Of a stretch of DNA of 36,374 nt, positions 30,109-36,374 are shown one piece after another. How positions within the stretch are numbered: the first letter of the stretch is position 1; each line of letters opens with the position of its first letter. The DNA is taken from positions 1-36,374 of the forward strand of contig JAVLKG010000022.1 in the NCBI GenBank assembly GCA_032128875.1, written 5' to 3'. Position numbers and translations under genes: made by a program. This DNA is from Candidatus Melainabacteria bacterium 17Bon1m (lineage in GTDB: Bacteria > Cyanobacteriota > Vampirovibrionia > Obscuribacterales > Obscuribacteraceae). The notes under the pieces were generated by a model. It made no database searches. It saw only the letters and a list, made by a program, of their open reading frames with translations, and was not told the origin of the DNA.

Positions 30109-30748
30109 GCCCCCTTGATGTTTTTATGGTTAAATTGGCTTCCTCGATTTTCTTTCGCAGCCGGTGAATTACAATTCCAATGGCATTTTCAGTTACCTCT
30201 TCATCCCAAGAAGAAATCAAACTGGTAATTCGTTGCTTGTCTATCGACGTGCCTAGTTTTTGCAAAAGTATCTCCAGAACTGCCAACTCTCTGGCTGTGA
30301 GATCAATTGGCTTACCATTTATAGTGCCTACTCGATCGACAGTATTGAATACGAGCGACCCGACTGTAATTTCAGTCCGGTTTGACCACGTGTCTTTTCT
30401 TATCAGTGCTCGTATGCGTGCTTCCAATTCTGGCAGCTCGAATGGCTTCGTGAGATAGTCGTTTGCACCCAGATCAAGTCCCTTCACCCTGTCCTGCAAC
30501 GCATCACGTGCTGTCAAAATCAAAACCGGAATTGTCTCACCTTTTGACCTGATTCTTTTTAGAACATCCAGTCCATCAAGATTAGGCAGGCCTAAGTCCA
30601 AGACAAGAAGATCGTACGGAGTGGTGCACACGGCAATAGGAACGTTTGCCCCATCAGCCTCAATGTCGACAGCATAACCATTGTCTCTCAAAACCATGGA
30701 AAGTCCGTCAGCTAAAAAGGTGTCATCTTCTGCCAGCAATATTCTCAT
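30080..30748 (-). CDS. OmpR-family response regulator (TctD/QseB-like)
   Basis: MRILLAEDD, VLDLGLPNLDG, GANDYLTKPF, IHRLRKKI...TSRGLGY. Confidence 0.94.
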   Translation of the reverse strand: MRILLAEDDTFLADGLSMVLRDNGYAVDIEADGANVPIAVCTTPYDLLVLDLGLPNLDGLDVLKRIRSKGETIPVLILTARDALQDRVKGLDLGANDYLTKPFELPELEARIRALIRKDTWSNRTEITVGSLVFNTVDRVGTINGKPIDLTARELAVLEILLQKLGTSIDKQRITSLISSWDEEVTENAIGIVIHRLRKKIEEANLTIKTSRGLGYRLEVCN

Positions 30749-30802
30749 GTTGCAATGCCTCTGTTACCTATCCTATCCGGTTTTTCGCCAGATTTGACGG
30801 AT

Positions 30803-30834
30803 GAAATTTTCGCGAAATTTTCGAACGCTACACT
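30803..30834 (+). promoter_or_regulatory. Direct-repeat box 9 plus -10 for the otsA-like gene
   Basis: GAAATTTTCG repeated at 11-bp period (30803, 30814); GAAAT-N6-GAAAT, 10-nt spacer, TACACT (30829-30834). Confidence 0.6.
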
Positions 30835-30910
30835 GAAATTCAGTTTGAGACAGCCTCAAAAGACTTCCCGCGTGAGGCATTACCGAGTTTGAGGTATATG
30901 AGGTCAATTG

Positions 30911-32308
30911 ATGAACATTCTTTCGTACCGTGGCCCATCAACCCCTGGCGGCGTTTCAGCAACTTTATCACGAGTGATAGAGCAAACTGAAACTACACAG
31001 AGATGGTGGTATTTGCATGGCTCACAGCTCAGAAAAAAGCTTGGCAAACAAAATTCCACTGACGATGTCTGTCAAATACCTTTCAAAATCGTAGAGGGTC
31101 ACTACAGGTTTTGCAATAAGTTTCTCTGGCCGGTACTACACGAATTGTCGGAATTTGCTTCATTTGACGAAGCGGATAAGAACATGTACGAGCAATTGAA
31201 CTTGAGTTTTGCCTGGAATGTGAGGCACACAGAAGAGCTGGGAGCGAATACCAAGACCTTCGTCAATGACTATCAATTAGCGCTCTGTCCAAAGTATCTA
31301 TCCGAACATTCTAGTGGAAAGATCGATCTGTTCTGGCACATTCCTTGGCCCAAGTATGTGAAAGACAGTTTTGCTCCGCATCTATGCCAAATAGCAGAGG
31401 GGCTACTACATTCGCACAAAATCGGTTTCCACATAGATTGTTATGGACAGAATTTCTTGAATTTCGTACACCAGTACATGCCAGCGTATAAAGTTCATTT
31501 CGCCGCGGGCCTGATAACAAAACCAGACGGCGGAACTGTCAGTATTGTTTGTCATCCTCTCGGTGTGGATAGTGATTACTGGCTAAACAAGCTTAGAGAA
31601 GAAAGCTATAGTTGCCGGGATGTAGATGTGGAGGCTTTCTCCAACAAGCCATTTGTGTTGTCGGTTGATCGCGCAGATTACACAAAAGGAGTCTTTCAAA
31701 GACTATCCGCCATCGAGCACTTTTTCTCTACCAACAGTGACAAGATGGAAAAGGTTACGTTTTTGCAGTTGTGCCAGAAAACGAGGGCCGGTCTGCCTGC
31801 TTACGATGAATACTGGCATCAGTGCAAAACACTTTGCGAATCGATAAACAGACGCTGGGGATCGACCGACTGGCAGCCGATCGTTTGGATAGACACTCCG
31901 GTGTCAGCTAATGTCCTTGCGTGGTTGTATAAACGTGCTGAAGTGATGCTTGTCACGCCAGTCTTGGACGGACTGAACCTAACAGCAAAAGAGTTTGCTC
32001 TTTGCTCAAAGGATGGCACATTGATTTTGTCAAAGCATGCAGGCGCCTGGAGAGAGTTAAGCGACAACGTGCTCACTCTTAATGACCTGGAACCAGAGAC
32101 TATTTCAAAGCAGATAGCAACTGCACTCTCAACGCCGGAAATTAAACGCAAGGAGCGAATGGACGGCTTGAAACAAACCGTTCTGGCCAATAGTTTAGGA
32201 AATTGGTGGCAAAAATTCGGCGGCGAATTAAGAAGAACCGAAAAAGTTGTGGCACTTTCGCACAAACTCCACCACAACACCAGGAGGGAAATGTGGATCG
32301 CAAAGTAA
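30911..32308 (+). CDS. otsA: Trehalose-6-phosphate synthase-like glycosyltransferase (GT20)
   Basis: CNKFLWPVLH, NDYQL, FWHIPWP, SVDRADYTKG, DGLNLTAKEF, LILSKHAGA; GAGG RBS. Confidence 0.8.
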   Translation: MNILSYRGPSTPGGVSATLSRVIEQTETTQRWWYLHGSQLRKKLGKQNSTDDVCQIPFKIVEGHYRFCNKFLWPVLHELSEFASFDEADKNMYEQLNLSFAWNVRHTEELGANTKTFVNDYQLALCPKYLSEHSSGKIDLFWHIPWPKYVKDSFAPHLCQIAEGLLHSHKIGFHIDCYGQNFLNFVHQYMPAYKVHFAAGLITKPDGGTVSIVCHPLGVDSDYWLNKLREESYSCRDVDVEAFSNKPFVLSVDRADYTKGVFQRLSAIEHFFSTNSDKMEKVTFLQLCQKTRAGLPAYDEYWHQCKTLCESINRRWGSTDWQPIVWIDTPVSANVLAWLYKRAEVMLVTPVLDGLNLTAKEFALCSKDGTLILSKHAGAWRELSDNVLTLNDLEPETISKQIATALSTPEIKRKERMDGLKQTVLANSLGNWWQKFGGELRRTEKVVALSHKLHHNTRREMWIAK

Positions 32309-32359
32309 TGGTTTTCGCTTCTAAATAGAGCTTCAAAGCTCTGGATTCAGGTGGGCAGT

Positions 32360-32707
32360 ATGCAAGAGATTTCATTCGAAGTAAGAACCTTTCTTAGAGA
32401 CAACATCCAGTCGGTCTGGCAACTGGATCTCCTCATCGCTCTAATGAACATCAAAGAACCAGTCGATGCATTTACTCTTTCCAGATTGCTCTATTCAAGT
32501 GCAGGCGCGATGGAGTCTTGCCTGAATAAGTTTGTCAAAGCCGGCTTTCTCAAAGAGGTTCACATAAAACCCAGTAGGTATCAGTATGCTCCGGCGAGTG
32601 AAGAGATAAGCCGAGTAATTCATGACACGGCTAAAACCTACGCGGTACGCAGGGTCGATGTAATCAACTTGATTTTTTCCAATCCTTCAAAACAGGGAGT
32701 GGGATAA
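32360..32707 (+). CDS. Hypothetical protein, possibly winged-helix
   Basis: ~115 aa, FLRDNIQSVWQLDLLIAL...L..FVKAGFL...YQYAP; operon-like spacing; start 32351 or 32360. Confidence 0.7.
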   Translation: MQEISFEVRTFLRDNIQSVWQLDLLIALMNIKEPVDAFTLSRLLYSSAGAMESCLNKFVKAGFLKEVHIKPSRYQYAPASEEISRVIHDTAKTYAVRRVDVINLIFSNPSKQGVG

Positions 32708-32722
32708 CGTCAATCTTTAGAA

Positions 32723-33934
32723 ATGCAAAATCAAAACATACTTATTTCAGGAGCTGGCATTGGCGGTCCAACACTCGCATACTGGCTTAAGAGGTACGGA
32801 TACTCTCCAACAATCATCGAGCAAGCACCGTGCCTAAGAAAGGGCGGGTATATCATTGACTTTTGGGGTTTGGGCTTTGAAATAGCAAAAGAAATGAATG
32901 TTTTGCCTGAGCTGCGCAAAATGGGTTATGCAGCTGAGGAGGTTCGACTACTAAATTCCCAAGGACAAAAGGTTGGTGGATTCAGCGCGGATCTGTTTCG
33001 CTCTCGGCTCGGTGAGCGATATTTGAGTATCCAGCGAAGCGATCTTGCAAAGGTTCTCTATAACAAAATAGAATCGGATGTCGAGGTAATTTTTGCAGAT
33101 TCAATTAACACACTGAACGAAAGCGCAGATGGCGTGGAAGTTAGGCTGGAAAGCGGCTCAATACGAAATTTTGATCTGGTCGTAGGAGCGGATGGTCTAC
33201 ATTCAAAAGTGCGCCAACTATGCTTTCCGGAGAGTGCCGCATGCGAAAAGAAGCTGGGCTACTATGTTGCTGCTTTCAGCTGCGTTGGGTACAGACCGAG
33301 AAATGATGGCGTATATGTTTGCTACTCAGCTCCAGGCAAGCAGTTAGCTAGATTTGCGCTGCGGGAAGATAAGACAGTTTTCTTTTTGATCTTCTCAGCT
33401 AAACATCTGAAAAACTTCGAAGGTGACGAAAGGGATATCGTCCGGCACGTGATTACAAATGTTTGCTGGGAATCTGAGGCTGCTCTGGAAGCAATGGAAA
33501 GTGCCGATGACCTGTATTTTGACTCGGTCAGCCAGATTCACCTAGACAAATGGTCAAGGGGACGAATTGCACTAGTTGGAGATGCGGCTTACTGTCCATC
33601 TTTGCTAGCTGGACAGGGAGCAGCTTTAGCGCTCCTAGGCGCATACGTACTGGCTGGTGAATTGAACTTAGCAGCAGGCGACCACTCAACAGCGTTTCGT
33701 ATGTACGAAGAAGTGTTAATGGAATTTATAGGCAAGAAACAGAAGGGTGCAGAAAGTATCGGTGCCTGGTTTGCACCGAGAAGTTCGGCAGGGATTTTTG
33801 TCCGCAATCAATTAACGAAACTGTTTTCCATTCCGGATTTTGCGAAACTAATTATGAGCACATCCATTGAGGACAATCTTTCTTTGCCGAAATACGGTCA
33901 AATACTACCTGGGCAAATTGAGCAGAGAGCTTGA
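32723..33934 (+). CDS. FAD-dependent monooxygenase/oxidoreductase
   Basis: ILISGAGIGG, DLVVGADGLHSKVR, ALVGDAAYCPSLLAGQG. Confidence 0.92.
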   Translation: MQNQNILISGAGIGGPTLAYWLKRYGYSPTIIEQAPCLRKGGYIIDFWGLGFEIAKEMNVLPELRKMGYAAEEVRLLNSQGQKVGGFSADLFRSRLGERYLSIQRSDLAKVLYNKIESDVEVIFADSINTLNESADGVEVRLESGSIRNFDLVVGADGLHSKVRQLCFPESAACEKKLGYYVAAFSCVGYRPRNDGVYVCYSAPGKQLARFALREDKTVFFLIFSAKHLKNFEGDERDIVRHVITNVCWESEAALEAMESADDLYFDSVSQIHLDKWSRGRIALVGDAAYCPSLLAGQGAALALLGAYVLAGELNLAAGDHSTAFRMYEEVLMEFIGKKQKGAESIGAWFAPRSSAGIFVRNQLTKLFSIPDFAKLIMSTSIEDNLSLPKYGQILPGQIEQRA

Positions 33935-33975
33935 TTGGGTGATTCAATAACAGAGAAAGAGTTTTCTCGCGAAAA

Positions 33976-35070
33976 TTGAATGATCTTTATGGCTTTCCTT
34001 GTATGACACCACTTCTAAGACATGTAGAAGCAACTGAGCTTTCGGCGCTGCAGAGCAGACTGGAAGCAATGAGTAAAGTGAGTGTAGATTTTCTCTTGCT
34101 TTTGTCAGCATCAAGCCTGATCGCTACATTTGGACTCTTTCAGAACAGCCCCGCCGTAATCATAGGAGCGATGATTATTGCGCCTTTGATGCGTCCCTTA
34201 ACAGGCTTGTCGCTAGCGACATTAACGGGCGATATCAAGCTGCTGTCTGCCAGCCTGGTGACTATTTCAATCGGCACTACGGCTGCTATCGCTCTTTCTA
34301 TGCTGACGGCGATGCTATTTCACTCTCTTGAATTAACAAATGAGATACTGGCTCGTACGAATCCTACACTTTTGGATCTGGGGGTGGCGGTGTTCGCCGG
34401 CTCCATCGGTTCATACTGTCAAACCAAAGAAGAACTCTCAAATTCACTTGCGGGTGTTGCTATCTCAGTTGCTCTGGTTCCCCCGCTGGGCGTTGTCGGA
34501 ATCGGCTTGGCCTTTGGAAACTTTTCTGTCTGGTCAGGTGCACTCTTGCTGTATGCGACCAACTTGGTCGGAATCGCAATGGCCGGTTCTCTAGTGTTTT
34601 TGTTTGTGGGATTCACACCCTTAAGGCAAGCAAGAAAAGGCCTTCTAATATCGGCAATTGTCAGCCTGCTTCTCATTGTCCCCCTGGCTTATAGTATGAG
34701 CGAATTGATTACGGAAAATATCATCAGTGCCAAGGTGAAAAAACTGCTTATCGAAAAGACGTTTACTTTTAGAGGTTTGCAGTTGCAAGAGGTACAGGTA
34801 AAACGATTTAGAAACCCGACTGCAGTAACAGCAACTGTAACTGCGCCCGACCAACCGATTAGCAACCGCCAGGTCGCACTCGTTCAAAAGTTTCTTAGCA
34901 AAGAAATCGGGCGTCCTATTGAATTCAAGCTAAGAGTAATCCCGACAAATGAGATCACAGCTGTCGAACTCAAACCCGAGCCTGAAATCAATAAAGATGA
35001 AGAGCCGGCCGACGCAGCCGTAAAACTATACACGGCTCCAGAAACAATAATTTCACCCCCAGGGCAGTAG
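33976..35070 (+). CDS. DUF389-family membrane protein
   Basis: NSPAVIIGAMIIAPLM, EILARTNPTLLDL, GVAISVALVPPL; start 33976 or 34003. Confidence 0.88.
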   Translation: MNDLYGFPCMTPLLRHVEATELSALQSRLEAMSKVSVDFLLLLSASSLIATFGLFQNSPAVIIGAMIIAPLMRPLTGLSLATLTGDIKLLSASLVTISIGTTAAIALSMLTAMLFHSLELTNEILARTNPTLLDLGVAVFAGSIGSYCQTKEELSNSLAGVAISVALVPPLGVVGIGLAFGNFSVWSGALLLYATNLVGIAMAGSLVFLFVGFTPLRQARKGLLISAIVSLLLIVPLAYSMSELITENIISAKVKKLLIEKTFTFRGLQLQEVQVKRFRNPTAVTATVTAPDQPISNRQVALVQKFLSKEIGRPIEFKLRVIPTNEITAVELKPEPEINKDEEPADAAVKLYTAPETIISPPGQ

Positions 35071-35102
35071 CTTTTCAGGAAAGGTCTGCTGTTATAGTTC
35101 AT

Positions 35103-35326
35103 CTAAGTTTTGTCTAGCATCAGATAGAAGCAGATAAAGAGAAAAAAGAGCAACAGCCCCGAAAAGACAGACAAAAAGATCAAGAACGGATCGGCATTTG
35201 CAAATTCAACATCTTTCAAGAAAACAGCGTTGAGGCTGAACGTCAGCGATAATCCACTGATTGCGCCGGACAACAAAATGGCTACACGAATAAATCGCTT
35301 CACCAGACCTGTTTTTGTCGTATTTT
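35103..35326 (-). pseudogene. 3' fragment of a membrane-protein gene abutting the IS end
   Basis: Open minus-strand frame with two hydrophobic segments running up to the IS left end, with no clear ATG start outside the IS. Confidence 0.4.
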
Positions 35327-35410
35327 TGACCTGACCCCAAAAAGTTGAACCGAGCCAAGTGGATTTTCGAAAGAAAATCAGGCATAGTTTCATCAGAAAG
35401 GACGGTCGCA

Positions 35411-35677
35411 ATGAGAAAGAGCCGATTTACCGAAGAACAAATAGTCGCCATCCTCAAAGAATCTGAGGGCGGCGTTACCGGCAAGGAGATCTGCCGCAAG
35501 CACGGCATCTCCAATCAGACGCTGTACCACTGGAAGAATAAGTACGCAGGCATGAACGTGAGCGACGTGCGGCGCTTAAAAACGCTCGAAGATGAGAACG
35601 CCCAGCTCAAGAAAATCTTGGGAGAGCAGGCGCTTCTGATTGATGGCTACAAGAATGCACTTTCAAAAAAGTACTGA
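35411..35677 (+). CDS. IS3-family transposase OrfA
   Basis: MRKSRFTEEQIVAILKE...ICRKHGISNQTLYHWK...LEDENAQLKK (HTH plus leucine zipper). Confidence 0.93.
   Translation: MRKSRFTEEQIVAILKESEGGVTGKEICRKHGISNQTLYHWKNKYAGMNVSDVRRLKTLEDENAQLKKILGEQALLIDGYKNALSKKY
35665..35671 (+). other. -1 programmed ribosomal frameshift site
   Basis: A_AAA_AAG in the orfA frame just before its stop; the -1 frame is open into orfB. Confidence 0.85.
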
Positions 35678-36374
35678 CCACCTCGCATCGCAAGGCCGCG
35701 GTAGAAGCGCTTTGCGAGGTGGGAATTAGCGAACGAAAAGCGGTTAAAGAGATCGGCATTGCCCGGTCTACAAAGAGACGTCAAAGCACGCGCAAAGACG
35801 ATTCTGCGCTTCGCGCAGAAATCGTCGATCTAGCTTCTGTTCGAAAACGCTTCGGGTACAGGAGAATCACCTGGATGTTGCAGCGCAAGGGCGAAGAAAT
35901 CAATCACAAACGCGTCTATCGCATTTACTGCGAAGAGAAACTGCAAGTGCGAAAACGCAGGCGAAAGAAAGTTCGAGTGTTCCGTAAACCTCTAGAACCG
36001 GCCACGCGTCCAAACCAACGATGGTCGATGGACTTCGTCGCGGACAGCCTTGCCGGCGGTCGGCGTTATCGAACTTTCAACGTTGTCGACGAATTCACTC
36101 GCGAGTGCCTGGCGATTGATGTGGCCTTCAGTTTGCCCGGAGCGCGCGTGGTAAACGTCCTGGATCGTCTTGTGTGGCAGTTTGGCAAGCCAGAAAAGAT
36201 TGTTCTAGATAACGGACCAGAGTTCACTGGAGCCGCAATGCTCAAGTGGTCATCGATGAATAACGTCTTCCTGGACTACATCCAACCGGGCAAACCAATG
36301 GAAAATGCAATTTGCGAATCGTTCAACGGCCGCTTCCGAGACGAATGTTTGAACGAACACTGGTTCATTGATAT
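35665..36374 (+). CDS. IS3-family transposase OrfB (partial; not in ORF track)
   Basis: Manual translation: RFGYRRI, NHKRVYRIY, NQRWSMDF, LDNGPEF, PGKPMENAICESFNGRFRDECLN; no stop before the window end. Confidence 0.92.

Larger units (their letters stand above)
35327..36374 (+). mobile_element. IS3-family insertion sequence, truncated by the window end
   Basis: Left end TGACCTGACCCC..., orfA/orfB in -1 phase, DDE integrase-like orfB. Confidence 0.93.

Noticed and set aside
33955-33977. Partial match to the regulon box upstream of DUF389
   Set aside because: Half-sites are 16 nt apart rather than 11, and the AATTTTCGCGA match is on the opposite strand.

Overview
Bacterial chromosomal window with two parts. 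1-9.6 kb is housekeeping DNA: gyrA, lysS, a hypothetical gene, a DUF1292-like gene, a 2TM-RCK K+ channel, and a stand-alone atpD-atpC locus. That locus is unusual: a divergent ClpP-family peptidase with a Lys-rich tail sits between atpD and atpC, and the epsilon subunit carries a ~30-aa loop insertion. GTAG/GTGG-type REP-like palindromes occupy several intergenic spaces. From ~9.65 kb to ~35.3 kb is a visibly more AT-rich accessory region. It holds three paralogous TctE/QseC-like sensor kinases, two OmpR-family regulators (plus a possible remnant of a third), a CaCA antiporter, two tandem CPA1 Na+/H+ antiporters, an APC permease, an ArsB/NhaD-type transporter, DUF4239- and DUF389-like membrane proteins, an OtsA-like GT20, a degenerate GGDEF protein, an orphan KaiB-like protein and an atypical-kinase-like protein. 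A 16-bp tandem direct repeat (GAAAG-N6-GAAAG, 11-bp period) recurs at nine intergenic sites across this region; five are followed 9-10 nt later by a -10-like hexamer. This suggests a self-contained, probably undescribed OmpR-type ion/osmotic-stress regulon. An IS3-family element with an A_AAA_AAG frameshift site starts at 35327 and runs off the window. The split atpD-atpC arrangement suggests a cyanobacteria-related lineage such as Melainabacteria; this is inference only. All family calls come from motif recognition by eye; no searches were run.
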